A DNA stretch of 64,000 bases from Candidatus Bathyarchaeia archaeon (GCA_049515895.1 JBEKTQ010000008.1:1-64000), one strand, 5' to 3'. Positions 17,490 to 27,753 are shown, counted from the first letter of the stretch. Notes: a model not told the origin generated them from the sequence alone. Program-made: numbers and translations.

Positions 17490-19598
17490 TTACTGCTCCA
17501 TGAACTTTTCTGGCCTAGGCACATCAAGCGACAGCCCTTTACGTTGACGCAAATCAGCTACAACCTGCGAAGACAGCTTTTGAGGCATTTTTTCCCAGTG
17601 GTCAAAGAACGATTGCCAAAAAGCCCTGCCTGACGTCGCTGACCTGAGCTCTTTTGAGAAGCCGAATGTCTCGGAAACGGGGATGAAGCCTATGATGACT
17701 GTTTGTAGCCCTTTCTGTTCGAAAGAGGTGACTTTTCCTCGTTTTGAGGCAAGTATTCTGGAGGTTTCGCTGGCGATTCCGGCTGAGACTGTGAGTATTA
17801 TTCTGTAGACTGGTTCAAGCAAGGCGGGTTGCGCCGTTAAGAAGGAACCGAAGACTGCCTTACCTACCCCTCGCATGACTTCGTTGCAGTCAAATTCGCT
17901 GCTTAATTGGAAATCGATTAAGCTGACTTTCAGGTGCCGCACGGGTTCGCCGCATAGTGGACCAGCTTTGCAGGCATATTCAAAGCCGCCTATGATTGCT
18001 TCCAAAACCTCTTCGGAGAGGGGTTCAGTTTTCCCGCTGCAATCCAGAAGCACGTTGCGGTGCTCATCAACGGAGAGAATGCTCACTTGCTCTTCAATTT
18101 CCTGCCCGTCAGGCATAACCTGCGCCCAGAAACTGCTCAGCTTGTCGGGACTCTTCGCCAAAGCCACAGTGCCAGTCTTTTCCACGCTCTCCATGTACAC
18201 GACCCTCGGCGAGGAAACCCTGACGTCCAATCCTGCGCTGTTTCTCAGCTGGTTGATTGAGACTTCCAGATGCAGTTCACCCATACCGCTGAGCAGGTAT
18301 TCGCCTGTTTGCTGGTCGGCTGTCACCTTAAGGTTGGGGTCTTCAATTGCAAGCTTCTGCAGCGCCTCAAGCAAGATGGGGATGTCTCTGGGGTTTTTCG
18401 GTTCAACCGCCAAAGTGACGACGGGTTCGGAGACGTAGCTGATGCCTTCGAAGGGAACCATCTCAGCCTTATCCGCCAAATCAACAAGGGTTTCGCCAGC
18501 CTTCACCTCGCCCGTCAAATTTAGGGAAGCCAAGTTGCCAGCTGAAACCCAGCTGACCTCTTCTCTAAGCGAACCCATATCAATAGAAACCTGATTGACA
18601 GTTGTCTCTTTCAGCGCATCGACAAGATACAGCCTCACACCCCTCTCAAGTTTCCCAGAGAACAGTCTTCCCGATGCAAGTGTACCGCCGTTTCCGTCGG
18701 AATGCACGTTGGTTACGCTGAAAACCGCTGGTCCATCGTCGCCGCATTCAATCAAGGCTTTCCCAATCGGCGTATCAATCTGCCCATCCCAAATCTCCTC
18801 AACTCGGTAGGCTTGGGCTTCACGCGGGTTTGGAACTTTCTTGATTGCCATTTCAAAAATGGCTTGGAAAACAGGTAGGTTCTTCTGCAGTTTCGGGGTC
18901 TCGCGCTCTTGGTAAGCTTTTATGATGTCTGAAAATTTGATGCCCTTCTTTTTAGCTATGCCGAAAGTGAATCCCCAGCCATGCAATGCTGCACCAAAAA
19001 CCACGTTACCCAACTGGACATCGACTTTCCATCGGCTCCTAAAGGGCCCTTGGGCGTAGATTTCTATGAGGTCGTTGAAGCCGCCTATAATGTGGTCAAG
19101 TTTCCGCTGTATTTGATCCTCGTTCAGCTGCAGTTCAGTGATGAGCCTGTCAACTTTGTTGATGAAGAGCACGGGGCACACCCGTTCTTCAAGGGCTTGG
19201 CGGGTAAGGATTTCGGTTTGAGCCATAATTTCCTCAACCGCGTCTACAACTACTACGGCGCCGTCGATAACCCGCAGGGCTCTTGTTACTTTGCCCGTGA
19301 AGTCGACGTGTCCAGGGGTATCTACAAGGTTGATTATGTAAGGGGCTTCGGCCGTTTGATAAAGAAGTGTTATGTTGGCTGTTTTGATAGTGATTTTGCG
19401 TTTCTGCTCTTCCTCAAGATAATCCAGCACTCGGGCTGATCCAGCCATAGCGGGCGAAAGCAAACCCGCACCGGCGAGAAGGGTGTCGGCAAGCGTGGTT
19501 TTCCCATGGTCTATGTGGGCAATTATGCCTATATTTCGGATAAGCTCTTTTCTGCTCATAAGAGATTGAATCTGCGATATCTGCTTGAACCTCGGCAT
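17490..19598 (-). CDS. Elongation factor 2 paralog (aEF-2p) lacking the diphthamide His loop
   Basis: AHIDHGKTT, DTPGHVDF, NKVD, GMGELHLE and LRSATSGRAFW are present; domain IV reads DFQLSSEFDCNEV instead of HED..HRG. Confidence 0.9.
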   Translation of the reverse strand: MPRFKQISQIQSLMSRKELIRNIGIIAHIDHGKTTLADTLLAGAGLLSPAMAGSARVLDYLEEEQKRKITIKTANITLLYQTAEAPYIINLVDTPGHVDFTGKVTRALRVIDGAVVVVDAVEEIMAQTEILTRQALEERVCPVLFINKVDRLITELQLNEDQIQRKLDHIIGGFNDLIEIYAQGPFRSRWKVDVQLGNVVFGAALHGWGFTFGIAKKKGIKFSDIIKAYQERETPKLQKNLPVFQAIFEMAIKKVPNPREAQAYRVEEIWDGQIDTPIGKALIECGDDGPAVFSVTNVHSDGNGGTLASGRLFSGKLERGVRLYLVDALKETTVNQVSIDMGSLREEVSWVSAGNLASLNLTGEVKAGETLVDLADKAEMVPFEGISYVSEPVVTLAVEPKNPRDIPILLEALQKLAIEDPNLKVTADQQTGEYLLSGMGELHLEVSINQLRNSAGLDVRVSSPRVVYMESVEKTGTVALAKSPDKLSSFWAQVMPDGQEIEEQVSILSVDEHRNVLLDCSGKTEPLSEEVLEAIIGGFEYACKAGPLCGEPVRHLKVSLIDFQLSSEFDCNEVMRGVGKAVFGSFLTAQPALLEPVYRIILTVSAGIASETSRILASKRGKVTSFEQKGLQTVIIGFIPVSETFGFSKELRSATSGRAFWQSFFDHWEKMPQKLSSQVVADLRQRKGLSLDVPRPEKFMEQ

Positions 19599-19667
19599 AG
19601 CTAACACACAAACAGAATCCAGATATTGTCGTCGTCCTATTAAATTTATAATTCTTCAGGCAGCTCA

Positions 19668-19864
19668 TTATTTTATTATTGTTTGTACTCTGCCGACTTG
19701 CCATCTGTAAGTCGTACCTTAATTCCGCGGTAGTAAGTTGAGCTGTTGGTAAGAATGTCTTTGACGACGCCTTCGGTTAATTTGCCACTTCGCTGGTCTT
19801 GCTTCAACACAATTCTTACACGGTTACCCGACTTGATTTGGCTTGCCTGCTGATTGGGTTCCAT
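19668..19864 (-). pseudogene. YwbE (DUF2196) family protein with a 1-nt deletion near the C-terminus
   Basis: IVLKQDQRSGKLTEGVVKDILTNS...GIKVRLTDG; the conserved QVGRVQ continues in another frame (GGC AA GTC GGC AGA GTA CAA). Confidence 0.75.
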
Positions 19865-20003
19865 TCCGAGCATACTCGCTTCGTTGCTTATGTGCATTCT
19901 CAGTACATATTCAGAAACGTAATCGAAAATACATAGGTTTTCAATGGGGGATTCCGCTTCTCACCGAATACTAAATTTATAATCTCGCTCAGGATGATAC
20001 TCT

Positions 20004-20795
20004 ATGCCCAGAAGGAACGGACAATTGAAAAACCTAACCATAGTTCCCTTGGAACAGCTAATCCAAGAACCATACGCTTCGGTTCTGTGTTTCCCGAGTC
20101 CCAGGAGAACCGAACTGCAAAACCGTCTCGAAGAACTGCGCAAGCACGGCATCTCGGCTCTTGAGTTTTCGGGCACAGCCAGCCTCTTCGGGGTTGCAGT
20201 TCCGGTGTTGGGCAAAGGTTTTGTCGGCATCGTAGTAATAGCGCACTTGAAAAATGGAAGGGTTGCCCTTAAAATCCGAAGGACAGACGCAGACCGAGCA
20301 GACCTACTTCGTGAAGCCAAGATGTTGTCCGTGGCAAACTGTGCAAACGTTGGTCCGAAACTGATGGCAGGAAGCAAAAACTTTCTTGTTATGCAGCTCA
20401 TTGACGGCGACCTTCTTCCAAATTGGCTGGAAACAAACAAAGACCCAAAGAAGATTAAGCTGGTTTTGAGAGACATATTAGAACAATGCTACAGACTGGA
20501 TAGAACTGGCTTGGATCATGGTGAACTTAGCAAAGCACCCAAACACTTGCTTATAGATAAGTCTGGGAGCCCCTTTATTGTAGATTTTGAAACTGCCAGC
20601 GTGGAGCGCAGAGTGTCCAATGTTACGGCGGTTTGCCAGTACCTTTTTGCAGGCAACAGCTCCACATCAAAGATTTTGGCTGAAATGCTTGGTCAAAAGG
20701 ATAAGTGGGAATTTATTGGGGTCTTGAAGGCTTACAAGAAAAGCAAATCCCGACACGACTTTGAAAGCCTGCTAAAGATTTGTCTATCTCAGTAA
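20004..20795 (+). CDS. RIO/Bud32-like atypical Ser/Thr kinase
   Basis: LGKGFVGIV, VALKIRR, LDHGELS, IVDFETAS. Confidence 0.88.
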   Translation: MPRRNGQLKNLTIVPLEQLIQEPYASVLCFPSPRRTELQNRLEELRKHGISALEFSGTASLFGVAVPVLGKGFVGIVVIAHLKNGRVALKIRRTDADRADLLREAKMLSVANCANVGPKLMAGSKNFLVMQLIDGDLLPNWLETNKDPKKIKLVLRDILEQCYRLDRTGLDHGELSKAPKHLLIDKSGSPFIVDFETASVERRVSNVTAVCQYLFAGNSSTSKILAEMLGQKDKWEFIGVLKAYKKSKSRHDFESLLKICLSQ

Positions 20796-20800
20796 AAGCT

Positions 20801-21886
20801 TTAAGCTAAAATGTCTTGCAGCCTCTTCTGTTCCTTTGCCTCTTTTATTTCCTTGGCAATTCGCCTGCCCATGTACATGTTTTCGCCATACTTCAGGTAA
20901 GCATAGGGTGAGGTGCCGATACCGACGTTTGTTCCTGCAACGATGCGTGCGGAGATTTCAAAGGTGAAAATTCTCAAATCATCAGTCACCACGGTTTCCA
21001 AGCAGAAGGGTCCTATGATTCCCGGGGGCGCAAGCTCTTTGGCTTTCCTATGTACGCTGTCGCCCATGCGCATGATTTCAGGCAGCAGCGATTCGCGAAG
21101 AACCAGCGGGAAGTTGCCAACAATAGTGTATGTGGGGTTAACGTCAATCTCCAGTTGTTCGCTTGCGGGAATTTTGCCGATTGAGTCCACCGCCGACTCG
21201 TAGCGTCTGTCCATCGCCAACAGTTCAACGTCATTGTTTAGGATGGAACTGAAGTAGCTTGGGTAAACGTTGACGCCGAGCGCGTACTCCTGCAGATGAA
21301 TCGCAGCTAAGTCCTCGTCTTTGAGCAAGCCGCGTTTTACGAGTTCTCTGAATTTTTTGTGGAAGGCTTTAGGCGAATTCGCTAGGAAGTACCCTCGACC
21401 CCCCTTTGCACCTGGTAGTTTGGCGATGACCAAGCGGTCGATGTCCTCTGGCGTTTTGAATGTAGCTGGCAGAAGTAGCCCTGCCTGCTGTAGCCATTCT
21501 TCTTGCGATTTGCGGTTTGCTTCCCAGTGGAGCAGCTGGCGGTTTCCGAGCATGGGCACGCAGAGTCTGTCAGTTAATTCTTCAGTGCTTAGGTAAGCGG
21601 TGAAGGAGCCGTGTGGAATTAAAATGACGTTTAGGCTGCGAAGTTTCTCCTGCAACCGCTGGTTTAAGAGCTCGGTGAAGTCTTTTACTATGATTAAGTC
21701 ATCCACGAGAGGGTACTTCTTGTACATTATGGCGTCTTTTTCTTTGCATATGCAAACTGTGCGGAAGCCTTCTTCTTTGGCGCCTTTGAAAATGTTAAGC
21801 GAACTGTGCGAACCCAGTGTGCCAATTGTTAACTTTTTCAGGTCGTACTTGTCCACGATTTTAGCGATGTCTGAGCTGGTTATCAC
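20801..21886 (-). CDS. purP: FAICAR synthetase PurP (ATP-grasp)
   Basis: GSHS, PHGSF, GAKGGRGYF, DRRYE, GPFCLE, EISARIVAGTN. Confidence 0.93.
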   Translation of the reverse strand: MITSSDIAKIVDKYDLKKLTIGTLGSHSSLNIFKGAKEEGFRTVCICKEKDAIMYKKYPLVDDLIIVKDFTELLNQRLQEKLRSLNVILIPHGSFTAYLSTEELTDRLCVPMLGNRQLLHWEANRKSQEEWLQQAGLLLPATFKTPEDIDRLVIAKLPGAKGGRGYFLANSPKAFHKKFRELVKRGLLKDEDLAAIHLQEYALGVNVYPSYFSSILNNDVELLAMDRRYESAVDSIGKIPASEQLEIDVNPTYTIVGNFPLVLRESLLPEIMRMGDSVHRKAKELAPPGIIGPFCLETVVTDDLRIFTFEISARIVAGTNVGIGTSPYAYLKYGENMYMGRRIAKEIKEAKEQKRLQDILA

Positions 21887-22980
21887 GTTACCACATCCGC
21901 AAGCCTGCCTTCCTTGATTGCACGCTTAATTTCAATCGCTACCCGCCTGCCTGGGCCAACTTCCATCCCGTACTTGTACTTCATGTAGGGTGAAGTGGGC
22001 TCGACGCACGGGCAACCTGGAACGCGTGGACTAACATCGAAAACGTAGAAGTCCAAATCCTTCGTTATGGCGCCTTGAAGGGCGAATAACCCGACCATGC
22101 CGGGCGGATATTCCTTCTTGCATGTTTCTACAAATTTTTCCGCTGCTTCAAAAATTTTCTCAATTTGGCTTTCTCTCATGGTTGCGCCCATGTGCCCGAT
22201 TTCAATGTTCTGAGTGGGAATATTTAGCTCTAACTGTTCTAACGCTGGCAAATCAAGCACTCCGTCAAGATCGGTCTGGATGCGCCTGTCAAAGCCTAAG
22301 AGGTCAATTTCGTCGGTTAATGGTGACCAAAACAAGTTAGCGTTGAATTTTGCTCCGATAACATACTCTTCAATTACTGCATTTTCCAGCGCTTCACATG
22401 ATATTAAGCCTTGCATTATGCGTTTTTGCGATGTTTTAACGAATTCTTCAGGAGATGAAGCGAAGAAAAAGGCTCTTTCAATAGCGCGTTTCTTTTCCGG
22501 AACTTTTACAATCACTAAGCGGTCAATTTCTTCTGGCGACTTGAAGGTTTTCGGCGTCGCTATCCCCGCCTTCTGAAGCAAGTAAAGCTGGTTTCGCGGT
22601 GTATTGCGTTCTTCCGTTCGCAACATCGAACGGTTACCCATCAAGGGCACAGCGAACTGGTTCTCAATGGCTTCATAGCCGGCGTAGACGGAGAAAGAGC
22701 GATTGGGAACAAAAACCACGTTCAAGTCAGTGAGCTTCTTCACTGATGCTTCGCTTGTTATTTCTGAGAACTTGTCGAGCATGAGCACGTGGTCGAAGAT
22801 ATTTCGGTAATATTTAGTGTAGGTTTTATCTCGGCCTTTCTGGCACACGACCACAGTTTCAAGGCCTTCCTGTTTTGCGCCCGACGAAATCTCAAGTGCC
22901 GAGTGGGAGCCTAAAACGCCTATGCGAATCTTTTTAGAATCATATTTTTTTATTATCTGCTTGATGTTGTCGCTTATCAT
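21883..22980 (-). CDS. PurP-like ATP-grasp paralog
   Basis: GSHSAL, PNRSF, ERAFF, DRRIQT, FDVSPRVPG. Confidence 0.9.
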   Translation of the reverse strand: MISDNIKQIIKKYDSKKIRIGVLGSHSALEISSGAKQEGLETVVVCQKGRDKTYTKYYRNIFDHVLMLDKFSEITSEASVKKLTDLNVVFVPNRSFSVYAGYEAIENQFAVPLMGNRSMLRTEERNTPRNQLYLLQKAGIATPKTFKSPEEIDRLVIVKVPEKKRAIERAFFFASSPEEFVKTSQKRIMQGLISCEALENAVIEEYVIGAKFNANLFWSPLTDEIDLLGFDRRIQTDLDGVLDLPALEQLELNIPTQNIEIGHMGATMRESQIEKIFEAAEKFVETCKKEYPPGMVGLFALQGAITKDLDFYVFDVSPRVPGCPCVEPTSPYMKYKYGMEVGPGRRVAIEIKRAIKEGRLADVVT

Positions 22981-22982
22981 TT

Positions 22983-24035
22983 TTACTCCTTCATGTACCC
23001 TTTGTAGTCGTCTATTACCTGAGCAAGCAAGGGTGCGTTAAACAGTTTATGACCTGTCATCTCGTTTGCCGCAGCCATGTACATTTCGCTGATAATTGTT
23101 TTAAGCTTAGGCGGCAGTTTTGGCGGCTGCGACTTGCACAGAGATTGCCAATCCATTATTCCTTTTGCTTCCCCCTCCATCTTGGCCTGTTCCAAATCTG
23201 CATACCAACTTGTCTTCTTATAGAATTGTCTCGCTATCTCCTTGCTTACATGCACGCCTTCGTAGGTGAAGCGGCACTCGTCAAGTGTCCCCACGACGTC
23301 GACAATCATAAGCTCCCTGCAATTGTCGAAGGCTAACTCGATTTTTCCATCTTCATTTCTAAGCCCAGCTTTCGAAGCCATCTCATTTATTGCTTCATCC
23401 GCCTTGAGGAGAATTGCCTTGATTTCTTCAAGTTCACGGTCGGTTAGGCCACCGATTTTCTGGGCTTCCCGCCAAGTCACGTAGCGGTCTGTCTCCTCAA
23501 GTTTTGTACTGACATCGAAAATTGGGTTGGTAAGTTGCTCGCCTGGCTTAGGGTAATGGTCTAAGTCTAAATCCTTAGGTTTGATTTTTCCCTGTTCGAG
23601 CCTTTTGAAAACTGATGATCCTTCAGGTAGGCCGTTTCGGTAAATGATTTCCAGCGGGATCAAACAGTTCTTTAGCTTACGTGCGTAAATGCTGTAGTCA
23701 TGGGCGAGTTTGCCGCTGTTAACGCTTGTTATGGGCTTGTAAACGTTGACTAAACTAACTTCCATAACGCTTGAGGGCTGTTTTACTTCTTTGATTCTGA
23801 CGGCTTTGCCGTTTGTACCCATCAAGCCACGATAGTGGGATTTCACACCTTTACGCTCTAGCTGTTCAAAGCAGTATGCACCCATGAGGCAGAGAGCTGC
23901 CCCCTTGCCGCCTATGTGGTCAGGCATTTCTCCCCAGTCAAAGACGCTGTAACGGTCTGAAAAGTGAAACCTACCAACGCCCATTTCATCGACGCTTGGG
24001 TCTTTGATTACTTCGAGGTCTTTAACGCTGCCCAT
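22983..24035 (-). CDS. purC: SAICAR synthetase (long archaeal type)
   Basis: MGSVKDL, FSDRYSVFDWG, PLEIIYRN, STKLE, DGKIE, GTLDECRF. Confidence 0.93.
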   Translation of the reverse strand: MGSVKDLEVIKDPSVDEMGVGRFHFSDRYSVFDWGEMPDHIGGKGAALCLMGAYCFEQLERKGVKSHYRGLMGTNGKAVRIKEVKQPSSVMEVSLVNVYKPITSVNSGKLAHDYSIYARKLKNCLIPLEIIYRNGLPEGSSVFKRLEQGKIKPKDLDLDHYPKPGEQLTNPIFDVSTKLEETDRYVTWREAQKIGGLTDRELEEIKAILLKADEAINEMASKAGLRNEDGKIELAFDNCRELMIVDVVGTLDECRFTYEGVHVSKEIARQFYKKTSWYADLEQAKMEGEAKGIMDWQSLCKSQPPKLPPKLKTIISEMYMAAANEMTGHKLFNAPLLAQVIDDYKGYMKE

Positions 24036-24168
24036 CCCTCATTCTCCAAGTTATTTTAATTCTATTACAGTCGTTTATTGCTTATGTCGATTTAATCTTA
24101 GCGTTAACTAACTAACTGAAAAACAGGGAAGCAAAGTCAAGCCTGTAGAAGTGAATGAAAGAGATTGT

Positions 24169-24648
24169 TCACTTGAGTTTCTTTACTGATTCGTTGGCTT
24201 TCTCGAGCTCTTTCTTTTTTAAAGCCTGATAATTCTTCACGTTTTCAGCTACAGCGTTATCTTCTAATGCAAGAATTTTTGCGGTGGCGATTGCAGCACC
24301 CTCTGCTTCGATTGTGACAACCGAGCCTATGCCGCTTGGAACTCTGAGCGATGAAAAAATGTCTGCTCCGCTGAACGTTTCAGAGTATGGTGGACATGCG
24401 ATGACGGGTTTGGATGAGTTGCCATCGATGAAGCCACTAAGCGCGTTCGAGCGTCCCGCGACGGTTATGTAAACTACTTTTTCAATCTCGAATTCTCTGA
24501 TCAGCTCCAGCACTTTCTCAGGCGTCTTATGTGCAGAGGCAACCCGAAACTCGTAGGTGACTCCCAATAGTTTGAGATATTTGGCTATGCCGCGGGAAAA
24601 ATCCAGGTCCCGCTCTGAACCCATAACGATAACTGCTTTTCCAACCAT
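24169..24648 (-). CDS. purE: AIR carboxylase / N5-CAIR mutase
   Basis: MGSERD, ASAHKTP, AGRSNALSG, PVIACPP. Confidence 0.93.
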   Translation of the reverse strand: MVGKAVIVMGSERDLDFSRGIAKYLKLLGVTYEFRVASAHKTPEKVLELIREFEIEKVVYITVAGRSNALSGFIDGNSSKPVIACPPYSETFSGADIFSSLRVPSGIGSVVTIEAEGAAIATAKILALEDNAVAENVKNYQALKKKELEKANESVKKLK

Positions 24649-24771
24649 GACTACATCGGGTAATAGCTAACTGGAAACTAGCTAATTAACATAGCTCGCC
24701 AGAAGTTGTTGCATAAAGGCAACCACATCTGTTTATTACCTGTTGCAGACTGTTTTTTGCTTGTTGGTTTT

Positions 24772-25242
24772 ATGACTGAAAACGTACAGACACCAAAGGA
24801 ATTAGAACTAATCAAACAACTTATCGGAGAATGGAGTGTCGGCATCGCTTTGCGGACAGCTGATGACAAAGTTGTAAGTGGATGCGGTGAAATGACCGCT
24901 GTTGAAATCCCTCCAGTGGGTGTAAACTCCGAAATTGACACTCATATCGAAGGCTACGACGACTATTACGAGAATGACCTGTGGAGTTTTGACCAGCTAA
25001 CTGGGAAGGTTCACCTTTTCGGCATCACCTCGGAAGGCGAAGCACACGACCATATAGGTAACTGGAAAGATGAAAAAACCCTTGAGCTCAAATGGAGGGG
25101 CACCTTCGAAGACCAAGAACTGGAAGAACATATAACTGCAAGATGGGTAACAAAAGACCAGATCGAACTCAAAGAAACCAATTACTCTTTGGGCAAAATG
25201 AGGTTCACCATCGACTACGTTTTCAAAAGAAAAGAAACTTAA
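24772..25242 (+). CDS. Hypothetical acidic beta-barrel protein (DUF1579-like)
   Basis: LKQLIGEW-type start with alternating beta-strand pattern; ATG 24772. Confidence 0.6.
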   Translation: MTENVQTPKELELIKQLIGEWSVGIALRTADDKVVSGCGEMTAVEIPPVGVNSEIDTHIEGYDDYYENDLWSFDQLTGKVHLFGITSEGEAHDHIGNWKDEKTLELKWRGTFEDQELEEHITARWVTKDQIELKETNYSLGKMRFTIDYVFKRKET

Positions 25243-25724
25243 CAAAGTAGCTTGAGCAAAACCTTCATCAATCGGTTTGCCGCCGCTTGAACTGGAACGG
25301 TTAACCCTTCACCGAACTCCATGCTTTTTGGCTCAATCAGGAGCAGGGCAATTTTCGCGCCAGTTGCTTGCTTAATGAACTCGCAGAAAACCCGTAGAGG
25401 CAACAGATGTGTCGTAACCGCGGAGGAATCCGCGATTTTTTCCGCATCCACGAGGCAGGTGGCGCCTGGCTTTAAGCCTAAAAAGGCGGCGTCAATCAGC
25501 AGCACATGCGATGGCTGAAAGTCTTCTATGTCAGAAAGGTAGCTTTCAGGAACCGTTTCAGCCTCGAGAAGAAGAACGCGAGGTGGTAGCCTGTCTTTTA
25601 GGTTTTCGACAATTTCTAACCCGACATTATCATCCGTTCGGATAGGGTTTCCAATCCCCGCCACAACAACCTTCTCTGAATCAAGTAACCAGGTTTTGAT
25701 CTCTTTTTCAATCGAGTAAATCAT
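25239..25724 (-). CDS. hycI: Hydrogenase maturation protease (HycI type)
   Basis: GIGNPIRTDDNVG, ETVPE, LLIDAA, TTHLLPL. Confidence 0.9.
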   Translation of the reverse strand: MIYSIEKEIKTWLLDSEKVVVAGIGNPIRTDDNVGLEIVENLKDRLPPRVLLLEAETVPESYLSDIEDFQPSHVLLIDAAFLGLKPGATCLVDAEKIADSSAVTTHLLPLRVFCEFIKQATGAKIALLLIEPKSMEFGEGLTVPVQAAANRLMKVLLKLLC

Positions 25725-25780
25725 CGAGGCACCTGCAAAAAGAGAATAAGCTCGTAGCTAGAAAAAGCTTGCCGCTTTTG

Positions 25781-26140
25781 TCAGTTTGCTTTCTTAGCTA
25801 GCTTCGGAGGTCTTCGGTGGCTGTCCCAAGCATGATGCAGCGCCAGAGTTGGGTGGTGAATGAGCATTCGCGGTCCCGAGTAACTCATGACCTTTTTAAC
25901 TTTTTCTTTCATGTCTGGTCGGTAGCAGTGAATTATGCATTTGCCACATGTGCTTTTTTTGTCTTGAAATGGACATTTGTCAAGGCGCAAGAAAGCGTAT
26001 TCTTTGAATTGTTTGCATTCGGGGCAGAGTTCTTCGCTGGTTTTGTGGTGACTTTTGCAGTAGATGTCGACCATGTAGCCTATGGTTTTCTTTTCACGCT
26101 TCATTCTTTTGTGTTCTGGGTTAGGAGGTTGCGGCTGCAT
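25781..26140 (-). CDS. YgbA-family Cys-rich protein
   Basis: REKKTIGYMVDIYC, RLDKCPF..K.TCGKCIIHCY, VMSYSGPRML. Confidence 0.88.
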   Translation of the reverse strand: MQPQPPNPEHKRMKREKKTIGYMVDIYCKSHHKTSEELCPECKQFKEYAFLRLDKCPFQDKKSTCGKCIIHCYRPDMKEKVKKVMSYSGPRMLIHHPTLALHHAWDSHRRPPKLAKKAN

Positions 26141-26298
26141 TTCAAATCAATTCAAGAAATATGGTTCAGCACTTCACATAAGGGTTTACCCTAACAAGTT
26201 CGGGTTATTCGAGGCTCTCTTTGCAAACGAAAAGTGCGGAAAACAGTTGAGCAAAAAAGGAATAAAAAAAAGTAGCCCTTAAGAAAAATCGGGATACT

Positions 26299-27753
26299 TT
26301 AGCGGCTGACGGAACTAACTAGCTGTTTGTTAGCATTGAAGACTTCTACGGTTAGCGGCATTTGCCCAACTGCAGCGTGTGTTGCACATCCGAAGCATGG
26401 ATCATATGCTCTGAAAGCCATTTCAATTTTGTTCATTATGCCTTGGTCAACTTTGCCTTCGTGGATTAAGCCTTTCGCTGCGTCGCGTATGCTCATGCAG
26501 ATTGCTGGGTAATTATTAGTTGTTGCAACGATGAGGTTTACGTCTTTGACGAGCGCATCTTTGTCTAAGACGTAGTGATGAATCAGTGTACCTCGTGCTG
26601 CTTCCACAATGCCTACACCTTCGCCTGGTTCGCCTGGCTTGTTGCGGACGTTTGTGCTGGTGATTTCTGGGTCTTTCACAAGTTCCATTGTTCTTTCAGT
26701 GGCGTAAAGCAACTCTATTAAGCGCGCCCAGTGGAAAGCTAAAGTGCTGTGTACCGGTTTGCCGCCCAGTGTCTTGAACATGACTTCGTATTCTGCCTGT
26801 GCCAATGGTGTTGCCATGCCGTCTGAAGCGTTTAATCGCCCCAGTGGACCAACTCTATAGACACCGCTATCTTTGCCTGGAATCTGCCCTTTCCATCCGA
26901 CTTCTTTTAGGTATGGGAATTTGCTGTATGTCCATTCTTCAACGTGCTCACCGATGTGTTCGAGGTAGTCTTGGGATTCGAACTTGAGGAATTCCTTTCC
27001 TGATGGGTCGACTACGCGGATTTTGCCGTCGTAAAAATTAACTTTGTTGTTCTTGTCAACTGTACCCATGTAGTAGGTCTGCATGGTATAAGCTGGACTT
27101 TTGATTAAGTCAACGTATTGCGTGTTGCCAAGTACGATGTCATGGAAGATTTTAAGAGTAAACTGTGCAAAGTCCACGCAAGAAGCTGCCATTTTCTCGA
27201 TTTCTTGCCTGTTTTCTTCGCTCAGGGGCTTGGAGATTCCTCCTGGTAATCCACAGACTGGGTGAGTTGCTTTTCCACCGATGATTTCGGTGATTTTTTG
27301 ACCGTAAGCCCGGTGTTTTATGACTTCTTTGGCAATGGGCATTCCGACTTTTTCTATGACACCCAAGATGTTGCGTTTTTCCGGCGGTGCATCTGGTCCA
27401 ACAATGAAGTCTGGTCCGCCGAGGTAGTAGAAGTGAAGTGTGTGATCGTAGATGTAGTAGGCGCTGTACATCAGTTCCCGAAGTTTTTTTGCTGCGGATG
27501 TTGGTTCAACATGGAATGCTACGTCTAAGGCTTTTGTTGCTGCGAAATGGTGCGCTACTGGGCAGACTCCGCAAATTCTAGTGGTTAATTGCGGCATGAG
27601 TTCTGCTTTTCTGCCGATGCAGAATTTTTCGAAGCCTCTGAGTTCTGGAACCTTGAGGTACGCGTTTTCAACTTCGCCTTCATCGTTTAGGAATATGGAC
27701 ACATTTCCGTGTCCTTCAAGTCTGGTAATAGGGTCTATAATTAATTCTTTCAT
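26299..27753 (-). CDS. mvhA: Group 3c [NiFe]-hydrogenase large subunit
   Basis: ITRLEGHG, RICGVCPVAH, YDPCFGCATH plus a 25-aa extension. Confidence 0.92.
   Translation of the reverse strand: MKELIIDPITRLEGHGNVSIFLNDEGEVENAYLKVPELRGFEKFCIGRKAELMPQLTTRICGVCPVAHHFAATKALDVAFHVEPTSAAKKLRELMYSAYYIYDHTLHFYYLGGPDFIVGPDAPPEKRNILGVIEKVGMPIAKEVIKHRAYGQKITEIIGGKATHPVCGLPGGISKPLSEENRQEIEKMAASCVDFAQFTLKIFHDIVLGNTQYVDLIKSPAYTMQTYYMGTVDKNNKVNFYDGKIRVVDPSGKEFLKFESQDYLEHIGEHVEEWTYSKFPYLKEVGWKGQIPGKDSGVYRVGPLGRLNASDGMATPLAQAEYEVMFKTLGGKPVHSTLAFHWARLIELLYATERTMELVKDPEITSTNVRNKPGEPGEGVGIVEAARGTLIHHYVLDKDALVKDVNLIVATTNNYPAICMSIRDAAKGLIHEGKVDQGIMNKIEMAFRAYDPCFGCATHAAVGQMPLTVEVFNANKQLVSSVSR

Noticed and set aside
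17875-19439. Long antisense or alternate-frame ORFs (e.g. 17875..18438, 18981..19439; also 48021..48683 and 62522..63031)
   Set aside because: They are shadows of well-supported genes and carry no motifs.
20801-22980. Tandem purP duplication as a novelty
   Set aside because: Two PurP-family paralogs are common in archaea.
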